Assembly: GCA_964016885.1 (NCBI GenBank)
Contig: OZ024742.1
Location: 187,922,001 to 187,986,000 of the forward strand
Origin: Eledone cirrhosa
Taxonomy: Eukaryota
DNA length: 64,000 nucleotides
Direction of reading: 5' to 3'
Below are positions 27,761-41,170 of the stretch, piece by piece (the first letter of the stretch is position 1; each line of letters opens with the position of its first letter). A program made the translations under genes and the position numbers. Under the pieces are notes generated by a model that worked only from the letters and a program-made list of their open reading frames with translations, was not told the origin of the DNA and did no database searches.

Positions 27761-28342
27761 TTATGTAACAGCCGTACTAAGAGTGAGAAATGAAATTTCG
27801 TTTCATTTTTATCCATTTATATATATATATATATATGACCATATAGGATTTATTGTGGTTCACGTAGCATAGTGCTATTGGTAATTTACAAAATTACTCT
27901 TATACAGAAATTTATATATGGGTGGGTCTACCTGTATATATGATTCGTGTGTGTGCTGCAAGTGCGTTTAATCGTAAAGTGGTTTACGAGCAAAACCATC
28001 AATTTTGGTGTGAATGGAAAGTCGATTAAACCAACACCTGTACTTGATTTCTACATTATATTATAGATCAGAGAAGGATAAATAAATATAGTTGACTCAC
28101 ATCGGGATTTGAATTCCATACGTAAAGAGAGGTACCTAAATATCTGAAAGGATTTGGTTCAACATGGTAGTGATTCTGTCAATCCACCGCCCTTCAATCG
28201 TATATTGATATTTGTTACATTCACCTCCAATAACCTAGAATTATTGGCGATTGAGTGCAAGATCATATTTAGCTGTTAACATCTTTGCTCATCCATCGCT
28301 ATTCGATCGGAGTAACTATATGCTTCGTTTTGAATTATGTGT

Positions 28343-28426
28343 CTGTAAATGACTAGTGAGTGTGACACTGTAAATGACTAGTGAGTGTGACTAGTGACTG
28401 TAAATGACTAGTGAGTGTGACACTGT
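28343..28426. repeat. Minisatellite, three ~25 bp units (ctgtaaatgactagtgagtgtgaca)
   Basis: Direct reading. The middle unit is 5 nt longer. Confidence 0.92.
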
Positions 28427-30669
28427 CAAAGACGTCGAATCCTACCTCAAGGCTCATGTCTTTTGTGGTTTCACTTCAGACTTCAGTTAAGCAAGCTTTA
28501 TGTAGCTCCCTTTTGGTCTTGGCTTTCTGGATGTTTGTCTCTAGTGAAGATTGTGTTGTTAAATAAAGAGATGGAGAAATCCAAGCTGAATGTTACTTTG
28601 AAGATTGCATTCTGGCATTAAGCGATGGGAAACTGGAGATGAATTATAAGGGAATTATTTATATACATATGTGTATTTATTTATAGCTGGAAGATTGAAT
28701 TTATAAAGAAGTTTAGCTTTTCAGAAAAGCACTATAATAAAGGCATATATGTACACATACAAAATCATCAATGTTTACATTGAAGCATATATGCTATGTT
28801 TCTATGTAATAAACACAGTATATTCTTTCATCTAAACATATATGATGAATCACGCAATGTTAGTGGCACCTCTAATTATCTCCTATTCATATGTTTACCT
28901 CGTATAATAAACATACATATAATTTGATGTATTTTAAGCAGTAACCATAACACTATTTCCTCAGATTTTTCTCTGTTTTTGTACATAAACATATTCCATA
29001 AGGGATTATAAACATCTTTATTCTGGGCTACACTGTGTTAGTGCTCTAGTCTTTAAATATGAGTGGCGATTTATCTCGGAATTTATTTGATGGAATGGAT
29101 AGCTTTTATTTGTAACACATAATTTCTAAAAACAGATTGTGTGCAAATATTTCGTTATACAAACACTTCTTGTAAATAGAAATGTTTGCTTTAACCTCGT
29201 AAAGAACATTTAAGATAAAAATATTTCATATTTTAGCTGAAAGGTGATGGGAAATATGACGTCTAAATGTCAATTAGATTCTCTTTCACGTGTTCTCTGA
29301 GAAATAAAATAACTAACGTATTCCCCACCCACTTCAAATTATATATCGTTGAGAGAAATCAATTTAAAAAAAAAGTCTTTAGAATTTTAACAGATTAATT
29401 TATGAAATTATACAAAGTGTATTTCTGTTTAAGCGATCGCTTCCAGTTTTTTTGTTTTTTCTTCAAAATATGCAAAACAAAAGTGCCAATTTAACAAAAT
29501 GTGTTTCTTTTTTTAATATTCTGGAATATCTTGAAATTGAATAACCGTGGAAGTTTTATTATTTGTATATGAATTTGAAAAATGTTCATGTATTGAAAGT
29601 GCTAATTTAAAAATGTTAATGACAATGTGTAATATTTTATTTCTTCCAGGTAAGTGTTTACACTGGAACATTTTATATTTGAATAAAATATCCCATATTT
29701 ATGTAAGTACTGACGCATTCTTCATTATCTCATACATTGTTTTTTTATTTATGTTATATTGATTTATATATACTTTAAAATGAAAGTTCCCCATCCAATA
29801 AGATGACGTTGTTTTCTTTCTACCATCTGAAAACAAAATATTCACACTGATTTACTAAAAATGTACACATCTATATGAAATGTAAGGATCTTTTCTGGCA
29901 TTTTAAATGTATTCCGTTTTGTTTTTATTAGACAGTCGATTGGCAGTCTTTAGAACGTCGGGGGAAAAAAGTTCCAATATGCCTTCCGGTTCTCCAAACT
30001 GCAAGTTCAACTCGTGACTATTGTTCACAATAACTCAGAATTGTTCCAGTCGGAATTGCCTTGGTTTGAGCTTAAACCTCGTAGATTTCTGAACAATTTT
30101 CTACTCACCTTTTCCAGGTGAAAAGATTGTAACTTGATATTGAAATAGGCTAGGATTTTAAAAGTTTATACTGAATTACATTTCATCATTAAAACACATG
30201 TTTTTAATGATTTCTTTGAAGACATAGACATCTACACACACAAAACGATGGATTGTGGCTTTTAAAAAAAAAATAACATGCATTCCTACATAATTTTACA
30301 TATGGGCGAGTTGATAATTTAAAGAATTCTTTGACAATTAATTTAAATCTATTTTTTTGTTAAAGCGTAGCAAAAAAATAAATAAGGAGTGAACCAAACA
30401 GCGTTAATAAACTACAATAAAATACCATAACATTAGGAGAGCAGGTTCGTTGAATTAGCATATAACATTTTGAGCCTAGTACATTGAATTAGGGTGTAAA
30501 ATGTTGAGCCTGGTTTTCCCGAACCATGTCGCTACAATCTGCAATATAAAGGCGTGTGTTTAATTCAAAAAGAGATTATGGAAACAAAATCAAGAAGAAA
30601 AAAAACGTAGACTCGTCAAATTTTAAGTGAAAAATAATGTTACGATATTGCGTTGCAGCTGTAGATTGG

Positions 30670-31520
30670 CAACGGAGCTGTAGATTGGTAGAATTGTGGC
30701 GTTGGAAAAAATGCTTTGTGGCATTTAATTACAGCTCTTTACTTTAGGAGTTCAAATTCCTCTCGAGTTCAACTGCCTTTAATCTTTCCAGATCGATCAA
30801 ATAAAATATCATTCCCTTAGTGAACTCAATTTAATGGATATTCCCTTCCCTACAAATTGTTGGATTATTGCTTAAATTAGAAACCATTTTAATGCCAGGG
30901 GGTGTCAGAATTGTTCAGGTGTTGGAGAGGATGCCATGACGTATTTGGTTCGCATTTTCATGTTCAGAGTTCAAACCCATAGATGTTAAATTTGATTTTT
31001 ATCTTTCCTGTGTCCATAAACTTAAGTAGCCACCAAACAATGGGTTGATTTAAAATACTTTCCCTCTCTCTTAAGCTTGTACTTAAATGAGAAACGATTA
31101 TCATTGGTGGATTGGCAGTATCGATAGAGCGTCGGACAGCATGTTTTGCGGCATATAGTTACGTCCCTTTTCGTTCTGATATAAAATCCCACCGAGTTTG
31201 GCTTTACATTTCATCCTTAAGGGGTCCATAAAATAAAGTACCAGAAACGAACTGGAGTTGATTTAATCGACTTTCCTCTGCTCCAAAATTGTTGTTGGTG
31301 TTACTGTTGCTGCTGTTGATGTTGTTATTGATGGTGCTGTTGTTGTGCTATTATTGGTACTGTTGTTGTTGCTGCAGTTGTTATTGATGTTGATGATGTT
31401 GATGTTGTTGACGTTGATGTTGTTGTTGTTGCTTCTGTAGCTGTTCTGTATCACCGACGTAAATTTGCCTTTCATATTTCGATATATGTAAAAGTACCAG
31501 TCATTTACTGAGTCGGTATT
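30670..31520 (+). mobile_element. Head-to-tail run of 3-4 diverged SINE copies with an internal (GTT/GCT/GAT)n tract (31288-31445)
   Basis: Heads at ~30677, 30897 and 31106, each followed by a B-box-like motif, core and agaaacNatt tail. Confidence 0.72.
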
Positions 31521-32270
31521 AGTGCCTTTCTCTCACATCATCATCCAGCTTGCTATTTGCGAAAATGCTTGTTATTGTAGTTGTTGTTGTTGCAATCTCT
31601 CTGGATACTTCTTGGTTTTTGTCCTCTTCCCACAGTATCCTTCCACTCACATCTCCAACCTGTTTCTGTGACAGACGCTACGCACTTATACACTCACTCA
31701 CGCCCACTCATACTCACCCCCCAACAGACACTATCCCAGCCACACACACCCACACTCACACATGCCTCCCTCACACCCACACACACTCTCTCTCTCTCCG
31801 TTCGCGGTCTCACCGCTCTCTCCCTCGCCGCTCTATCTCTATCTACCTCTCTCCGCTCTTGCTCTGTCTTTTCGCCCTCACACTCCACTCTCTCTCCTCT
31901 CCACTTATCCCCTCATATCCCCTCTCTCCCCCCTCTCTCTCTCTCATATACACCGCGCTCTTCCTGTACATTCCCTATCCATTCTCGTCCTTTCCATGCC
32001 AGACTCTTTTCCATTCACATTTTCTCTCACTTCCCTTCAGACTAGCTAGCTGTTGAAAAGGTCATCGTTAATTCAATCGCAGTAAATCAAAATTAGACAT
32101 GTTGTCAAAGAATACTGTGCGTGCCAGCAACGAAAATAGTTCCCGTCCAACTAGCTAGACTCAATGCACTACCTGCAACACATGTAGACACATATATTCC
32201 TTCGTGCACACACACATCCACATATATATATATGTCTCATGCGCTCTCTTCTTCTCCCCTATCTCTCTCG

Positions 32271-32321
<51 letters not shown>

Positions 32322-32378
32322 CATATAACATATAAATACATATATGTGTGTGTGTGTGTGTGTACACACGCGTGTGTA

Positions 32379-32409
<31 letters not shown>

Positions 32410-32507
32410 ATATATATATTATACACAAACTTATATATATATGTATCTATCTATATCTCTCTCTATATATATATACACATATAACACACACATGCGTACG
32501 CACACAC

Positions 32508-32619
<112 letters not shown>

Positions 32620-33289
32620 TTCTGTGTGTGTGTACCTATGAAGGTAAGTAAATTATTGAACGTCCATCTTTTCTAGCATCCTGTATTGGTTGGAATCCAA
32701 AATGGAGTAGCTATACAGAGTTAATCAATGCTAGATGATCTCCTGGGTCTTTAGGTCCAGTTATGCAATATTATGATTATGAACCGAAACCAAAAATGTA
32801 CAAGCATTAAAAATATTTTTTTTTTAAACGTAATAGACAAAACAACAAATCGAATGGACGTTTCGATTTGAAAATAAACTCTTACTAATCAAATGAAAAT
32901 CGAACTATGAATAAATGTAGATATATATAAATGGCTTTAGGAATTTGTGTAGTTGCTATTTCGTCTAGAATGCTTTCTGAATAATTATCAATGTGCAGTA
33001 ATAGCCGTAGATTTGCAGTATCCGTAGAGTATCTGACATTATGCTTTGTGGCATATACTGTCCTCACTTTAGGATTTCAGTTCAAATTCATCTCTAACCT
33101 CCAAGGAAACGCCTTCTCCATTCTGTCCGTCCGCCGGGGCTGTGGGGCGGCCAGCATGTGGGACCCCGTTTGCTTACAATACAGAGATATGGGGCCGGTG
33201 AGAGAGATGGAGGCGATGACGGGGGGGGGGGGCTCTACCGTGTTTGGACACATTACACCTGTCATGTGGATCATCGCTTGGCTTTTCTA

Positions 33290-35176
33290 ACAATATATAT
33301 ATATTTAATGTACAATAAACAATTCAATATAATTATCTCATTACCAAAGGTTTCTCGAATAAGACGAATAGAATAAACGTCCGCATTCGTTCGTCAGACA
33401 AGGCAATTTAAAACATAGTGAAATATTTGAAAAATCTCCTCAAGAGAGGCTAAAAGTTTAACGGGCACAAAATAACTAAAAGTAATAATACAAGAAATGT
33501 ATAAAAAATAAAAATAAAGAAATATAGTAAGGGGATGTGTGTAAATGTGTGTATATGCACATACATATGTACAACTGCATGTGTATAGTGAAAAGATGTG
33601 TGCGTAAGTACATACATGAGGGCAAAGATATTAGTGTATGTGTGACCACAAATACATATATATATATATATATATATATAGATGTATTGAACATAGAAAT
33701 TGTATGATAATGGAGTTAGCGTACATACAGACTTAGGAACTAAGGGCTGAAATATATACACATACAAGGACGAAAGGACGCACGCGTATAAATATACACA
33801 CACGCACAACCGCATACATGTATGTGATATATACAGGGAAGGGAGTGTATAAAGTCAACGCCGTGTCAGACGGAAGGTCGATACAAATATGAAATATGAT
33901 GAATAAATGAAATAATATATAAAATAAGAATAAACATATAAAATTAAGGCAAAGAGAAAGTAAGGGGAGGGGTTGTAATATATAAAGTAACACAAGAAAA
34001 AATAAATAAAAAAGTAGAAAACATGCATATACGCGAACAACATACATATATATAAATATATATACATACAGACAAAAACACGTGCACAAAAGCATACTTA
34101 CACATACCCGCATACATACATACATATACACGCTTACATGCATACATATACACATATATACATCTATTGAGACCCACGCATGCGACTATATATAAATATA
34201 TATATATAAGTATATATATATACATGTTAAAACACATATACGTAAACGCACACACACACATGCACACACCCGAATGCGTTCGTATACATATACAAACACG
34301 TTTACACATACATGCACACATACGCATACATATATAAAAAATAACCGTATGAATAAATGGGTACAAAATATACGCAAGTATACATGCATAAAAGAAGCTG
34401 AGGGACAACGGAAAAAATCTGGAGCTAAAAACACAAGTGACAGTGATGTCTGGTAGTGAAAGAAAAGAGGGAAGTAAAATAAATGTAAATAACGTATAAT
34501 TGTTAAGATATGAAGTTAATGAATCAAATAGCAGTGGATGTAAAGTAAAAATAAAAGATAAGTAAAACTGAATGAGAAGTCTATAAAGAAGGTAAGTTAA
34601 GGAAAGTGAAGAACAAGAGTTTGTGGAGGATAAGTGTCTGAAAGTGAGTTAAGTTTATAAGAGCTGGAAAGTAAGAGTCATTTAATGTGTAGGCAGGTTT
34701 TTGGTGATTTAAGTTTCTGTAAAGTCCAATATATTTCACCTATGCAGAGTGCGCATCTTCTTGTTCCTTTTGCGTATTTATTAGATTGGTTCAAAATTGA
34801 CCAATTTAATTTATATTGGATACCTTGGTCCTTCAAATCCCAAATTATGCTAGCCAGAGTTGTAAATCTTTTTTCAGAGCTGTTGGAAAAATGCCACATT
34901 GTGTTTTCGCATGTATACATATATATACTTATATATATATATATATGGTCGCGTGCGTGGGTGTCAATTGATGTGCATGTATGTATATATATGTGTATAT
35001 ATATGTATGCGTGTATATGAATGTATGTATGCGTATATGTGTATGTATGCTTTTGTGCACGTGTTTTTGTCTGTATGTATATTTATTTATATATATGTAT
35101 GTGTGTATGAGCGTGTTCGCGTATATGCATGTTTTCTACTTTTTATTTATTTGTTCTTGTGTTACTTTAGTATATA
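33290..35176 (-). mobile_element. 5'-truncated PLE with GIY-YIG C-terminus, long simple-repeat-rich 3' UTR, hammerhead and 5' inverted segment
   Basis: ORF 34678-34920: TTLASIIWDLKDQGIQYKLNWSIL...RCALCIGE. 34920-35176 is an inverted copy of ~33980-34220. Hammerhead at 33333-33406. Confidence 0.85.
33333..33406 (-). ncRNA. Type I hammerhead ribozyme with extended stem II
   Basis: ccttgt-CTGACGA-a-cgaatgcggacg...cgtcttattcg-a-GAAA-cc-ttt-gg-TA-atgag: intact core with a GUA cleavage triplet. Confidence 0.78.
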
Positions 35177-35248
35177 AACACACACACACAAACACACACA
35201 ATCATACATATATATATATATAAATATACACACACATGAATACGCACA

Positions 35249-35357
<109 letters not shown>

Positions 35358-36634
35358 AAAAATAAGCTGTCACATCAACAGGCATAGACAAATACATATA
35401 CAGGAAGTCATAATAATAAATAAATAAAAAAAAGCAAACAATACTTGTTTCTACTTTTGGCACAAGGCCAGCAATTACCCAGTACATTTCTGGTACTTTA
35501 TTTTATAGACTCCGTAAGGGTGAAAGGGAAAGTTTGAAAAGCAAACAATAATGAAAGTCAAATATAAAAATTAAAAATGAAAAAATAGCACGTATACGAG
35601 AGAAGAAAAAAAAACAAATAAAAATAAACAAACACACGTAGTAAGCAATTGCACAATATATATAAATGAAAAGTATAGAAATTATTGTAGCAAGAAGCCA
35701 ACAGTATTCCATAATATATAAGTGACTATAGCGTCAAAATGGGAAAATAGTTAACGTAAGGTGTGGAAAAAATAATTCAAACTCAATTAAAAAAGAATCA
35801 GGATACAGATTTATCCAACAGAATTTAGTGAAATCCAGGTAAAAATGAATACGGCTTAACCCATGATAACATAAAGTTTAAAATACTCATCCTTCAATTT
35901 GGAACAACTACAAATGCTCTGTATAGTCTTGAAAAGACTATTTCACGAAAACTTTCAGTGTAGATGGTCACGGTTGGAATTCGATCGTCAGCAGAGCTCA
36001 ATATGATAACCAAAATCTCACTGATTAATATGCCAAAAAGGGAATTTAAAAGCAGGCTAGTTTAACATCATGCGTGATTATGAAAATAAAACGCACTGCA
36101 GAAAAACAGGGCTGGTGACGTCAGAATGAGACGAATGTTTGTTTACATGAAACACCAGTCAAAAACATTCCGAAAATAAAACTCTACAATAAGGTGTTCA
36201 GCAAAAAGCAATATTATCGCGGGTTTTTTTTTTTAAATACCGGGATTAGTCACAAATAATTTAAGCACTCTAGGAACGAAATCCGAGTATAAATATATAA
36301 ATGAAAAGTATAGAAATTATTCCATATATATATAAGAAATATGAAAGTGAAGCTTTTTCGAGGCCCCTACTAACTATATTATCCCATCAGCAGTTTGCTC
36401 CTCTATGCTTTCCTTTCTTTACTTTTTGTTCAGTAATTTAAATTATTTAACAGTTATATTGATGCCAAATATTTTTTAAGCTGTCTCACACGCACCCTCT
36501 CTATTGTATGTATTATATATTTTTCTCGTGATCCCAATATTAAGGTATATAAAAATTGAGTTTTGTCATATATTACTCACTACCATGACTGAATCTTAAC
36601 CATCTACTATGTCAGGGTATGTCATGCATCATCT

Positions 36635-36701
36635 TATTTTATCTGATGAGGACATACTATTGAAGTTAACTCAGTACCTCTGAAATATGTATAATAAAAT
36701 A
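36635..36701 (+). ncRNA. Hammerhead-like motif at a PLE 3' end
   Basis: tattttat-CTGATGA-gg...cctct-GAAA-tatg-ta-taataaaata. Stem II is weak. Confidence 0.5.
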
Positions 36702-36882
36702 TACTTGATCGCAAGAATATCTATTTTGTTAATATTTTGAATTAACATTTTTGTTTGAGTGCTTCCAATCTATTATAAAAGTAATTCTTTGATTTATTAA
36801 TTGAAGCTTGTTTAACCTTTAAATATATATATATACACACATACACATACATATATACACACATATGTACAGTATTCTTGTT

Positions 36883-36934
<52 letters not shown>

Positions 36935-37069
36935 CAGAAGGGATATTCAATTTGTTGGAAATCCGACAAATATAAATATAAATGTTTATAACTGATATAG
37001 AGCACTCAACATTTCCTGGAGTAAATATTCAATGATATTAAATATTTAATATCTTTTTTATATATATAT

Positions 37070-37772
37070 AGTATCGCTATTAGCTTTTTCCGATTATGTA
37101 TTTATATATTTATCTTGGAGCAACAGACATGAACTTTCCCGATATAAGGTATGACTCTCTTTGTTTATTTTTTAATATGAATATTGATTTTTTTGTTCTT
37201 GTATCTCATTCTGTTATTTTTCCCGAGAAAATATCTATATATGTCATTTAGCGATGCACACATATGGCTATTTTTTCATAACCAATTGAGTTCTTAGCAC
37301 GTGGCTTGAATTCTTGTCAGAGTTCAACGACCCGCGCATGTATTGTTTTTGGCGGTAGCCTCCTTCCTCCCATTTTAGGGAGAGTGTGAAATTTGCTTTA
37401 GAACTGCTGGACTAACAACCTAGCAACTCCCTCAAGCACTGATGGTGATTATCGCTAAATATTGATGTTGATTTGGTTATCAATATTAATAATATTGGGC
37501 ACCCACTGAAGATTTATAAGGGTCCACTGGAATAAGTATCTGTTGATCTTATACAAGCTTCTACATAATTTGGTATAATTTCATCCAACTCGTCTGGGAA
37601 ATGATATATTTGATATATCTCATATGAAATGATACAGCCAATTTTCCACACAATACAATACAATATATAACCCCGAACGTTTAATTAGGAATATACTCTG
37701 GTATTTCCTAATGTTTCCTAGTGAGTTGGAATTTGGCCGGAGTATCGCTATTAGCTTTGTCCGATTATGTAT

Positions 37773-37780
<8 letters not shown>
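37070..37780 (+). repeat. 40 bp direct repeat (37070-37109, 37741-37780) bracketing ~630 bp between (AT)n tracts
   Basis: agtatcgctattagcttt(t/g)tccgattatgtatttatatat occurs twice. Confidence 0.92.
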
Positions 37781-37805
<25 letters not shown>

Positions 37806-37846
37806 CACATACATAAAGTTACATCTACACATATATATACATACAT

Positions 37847-37932
<86 letters not shown>

Positions 37933-38130
37933 TTTAAGAGTAACCAATTTGTGGTCTTGTTTTGTTATGTCTTCATTATGTTAATATATATATATATATA
38001 TATATATAAACGTGTGTATATATATACTATAAAAAAGCCAAAACAATGCAGGTATGGACATAGAATAAAGAATGCAAATGCAAAATATATTGTTGACAAT
38101 TAGTCTTTTATCTTAGATTTATTTAAATGT

Positions 38131-38166
38131 CCTTAATTTTCGAGATAATATCTCTTCTTCAGAGGG
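38131..38166 (-). ncRNA. Minimal hammerhead ribozyme at a PLE 3' end
   Basis: cct-CTGAAGA-a-gagat-att-atctc-GAAA-at-ta-agg, followed by aataaa and then (AT)n at ~38020. Confidence 0.7.
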
Positions 38167-39734
38167 AAGTAAAGCTGTTAAACCAGTGTTCTAAATAGCT
38201 TGCCAAGTCATGCTGAGAGGAAATGGTGTAGAGTATCTGTTCTATCTCTAATGTCAAACAGTTAAGATTAGGTGGATAAAGAGTAGTCTCCCTTTAAAAG
38301 GGTTTTTTTTTTATCCATGCCTGTTTAAGTGTGTGGGAGAATGTATGGCATTAGGTGAAAACCTGCATTTTTCCTGCTCCATCGAGGAAAATCTTAAAGA
38401 TAATCCAGCCATCAGAGTTTTCGATTTATTTTCTTTACATATTGTTCAGGCATGCAGTTTGTAGGTCTATTGGCGGCCCGCGTTCCAAAATACCTTACGC
38501 CGCGTACCACTGCTAGTATATCTATATATATATAATAGGTGGGTGTGTAAAGGGTAAGGTAGAAAGTAGGGGGTAATATAACTCAACAGAAATATAAATA
38601 TCATAGGGAAAAAAATATAAATATAAGAGGAGATGAGGGAGAAAAAGTATATATGGGTAAAGAATGCGAGTTCAGAGAGTAATAATAATCGTAGTGGATG
38701 TAAGGCGTAATGAGTAAAGAAGACGTTCAAGGTGGTTGAGTCATCGTAGGAATGTCAATCCTGTTACAAAGTAGATGCGATTTCAGGTGAAAAATACTTT
38801 GAAACAAACCTCTGTTCAACAGAAATCCCGTCCCATCTTAATGCAGCACCGCACCATTTCATCTCCCATCACTTATCACCCTAACCACCTCTACAATCTC
38901 AAAAAGCACCCTCGCTTCATCACATAAACGCCATAATTTCTATGAAACAGCCAAACCACCACACCTCCGCAACTCACAACAACAATCACTAACCACCAGC
39001 ATCTCTTCATTATAATCCTTTTCCTCACCTATCAGACATACCAAAACATTCCTTCTAGCAAAACCTCCAATCAAAACATACTTTGATCACGATAAATAAA
39101 TGTGAATCGTTATAAACCTTTTCTACGCCCAATCGTTATAAACCTTTTCATCCGACGAGTTTTTGATTCCAGAGTTGGGCTAGATTGACAGAGTAGTAGT
39201 AGTAGTAGTAGTAGTAGTAGAGAAAAGAGAAGAAGAGGAAGTAAGTGTAGTAGTAATAATTGTTTCTAATTTTAGCACAAGGCCAGCAATTATACCAGTG
39301 TATTATTGGTACTTTATTCTATCGACCCCGTAAGGAATGAAAGTGTGAGTTAACCTCGGCGAGATTTGAACTCAGAACGTAAAGGGCCGTAACTCTATGC
39401 TGCAAAGCATGGCGTCAGACCCTCTACTGAATCTGCAATAATAGGATTATAGTAAAGGAGGAAGGAAAAGCAGGTGAAGAAGGAGGAGATGTAGAAGTAG
39501 AAGGAGGGACGGTGAGGTGGTGTGTGGTAGTAACATTATTTTTATTAGTAGTAGTAGCAGCTGACTCACCTTAATGGTATAGTGACCTAAAATTGACCTG
39601 AAGTAGTAATTGTTTTAAATATATCTATCTATCTTATGAATACAATATCGGAGAAAGCTTTTCCGTAGGAAATACTGTCATTCCTAATTTGTCCATTTTA
39701 ATTATTGTTGGGCTCTTGTTGCAATGTCGTCTAT

Positions 39735-40230
39735 AGTGGATGCATTTAAACGGGGTTCGTTTTTTTTTTTGATAAAGTATGATTCTTTGCTAATGCATTG
39801 ATTGTGGGTAGCGTTGTCTTTAAATTTATAGAGGAGGACATTTCTGAAGTTGAGTAGTAAATTAGAGGCGCAGCTGTCAATGTGTTCAATCAGTGTTATT
39901 TTTCTGTATTCCTGTATTTATATTTGGGATCTATGAACTGTCATACGCCGACGAATGCTGTTTTAGTTTGTCATATGTAGTGCTCTCGACAGATTGAGCA
40001 AGTTAATACATATATCAGGTATTCTGATGCACATGTAAAATTCCTTTTCACCATAAAGCGTTGACCCTGTTTGAAACAGAACTCAGTTGTGTCTTCCGGA
40101 TTTTTTTTACTGTTCGTTTCATTGTTGTGTTCGAGAGGACTTTGGCCTGTGTTGATAGGATATTTTTCATAGGCTTGGGTTGTCTTTTGCTCTTTATGAT
40201 GTCTTCGTATTAATATATAGATGTATGTCA
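39735..40230 (-). mobile_element. PLE GIY-YIG endonuclease pseudogene (Neptune-like)
   Basis: SKRQPKPMKNIL..., then NFTCASEYLIYVLTCSICREHYI*QTKNSIRRRMTVHRSQI...KESYFIKK..PRLN with stops. Confidence 0.82.
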
Positions 40231-41077
40231 AATCAAAACAAATAGTTTTGACCTAATTCTTAAACTACTCTTTTCACCTTTATACAGAAATGACTTCTAC
40301 AACACTAGAACTGTTTCATTTGAATGCACTCATCGGGAAGGTCTTTATGTCAAACAATTGAAACAGTTCTAGTCCTGTCTATCTCAATTCTATATAAAAT
40401 ACAGATGTATACATGGGTTTGGTTGTGGAAACAGGAGAAAAGAAAATGCAATATATCAGTAACGTGATGTATGTTATATATCTGCGAAGCTATAGTAGTG
40501 AGTCGAATGCCAGAATTGTCGTGTTTAACGTACTCTTCAATCTATTGTTTGAAAATGGCATGAAATACGAAATATCCTTAGAGCGAGACACTGATTTAGA
40601 TTCAGAGCTATAATCTTTCTAATGACAGATGACCTGTGCATCCATCTGTCTGACCGTCATAGGTATATGTAGGATGGAAAAGAAGAGGTATGAAAAGGGG
40701 AGGCAACCCGTTTTTATAATTCATCACAAGGTAAGTGGTAATTAGGTAGAGTTGTAGGAGGGGGTGATGGTGTTGAGGAAGTGTGTGTGTGTGTGTGGGG
40801 GGGGGGGGCACCTAGATTATATGCATACATTAATTAGTTAGGATTTAGCCATTATTCAATTATTAGACACTTGCGGATTATGTATGTATGTATATGAATA
40901 CATATATGATAATAATTGTTCCTACTTTTGGCACAAGGCCAGCAATAAGTCAATATATTACTGGTACTTTATTTCAGCGACCCCGTAAGGATGAAAGTAA
41001 AGTTACCCTCGGTGGGATTTGAAATATATCCGTAAAGGGACAAGAAATCAACACTCTTTTTCATTGAATAATGATAC

Positions 41078-41111
<34 letters not shown>

Positions 41112-41170
41112 ATATATATACATATGTAAGCATGTATGTATGTGTGTATATATGTATGTATATATATATA

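Noticed and set aside
28343-28426. Short repeats resembling a CRISPR array
   Set aside because: The units are contiguous with no unique spacers, there are no cas genes, and the context is eukaryotic.
32636-32885. Mariner-like MITE starting ta-tgaaggtaagtaaattatt
   Set aside because: Only about 9 nt of the right TIR (atggacgtt) matches, so the boundaries cannot be supported.
34678-34680. In-frame TGA in a Naiad-like endonuclease as possible selenocysteine (also HYI*QT near 39971)
   Set aside because: The positions correspond to non-Cys residues (the second is the Gly of YIG) in decayed copies, and I recognised no SECIS.
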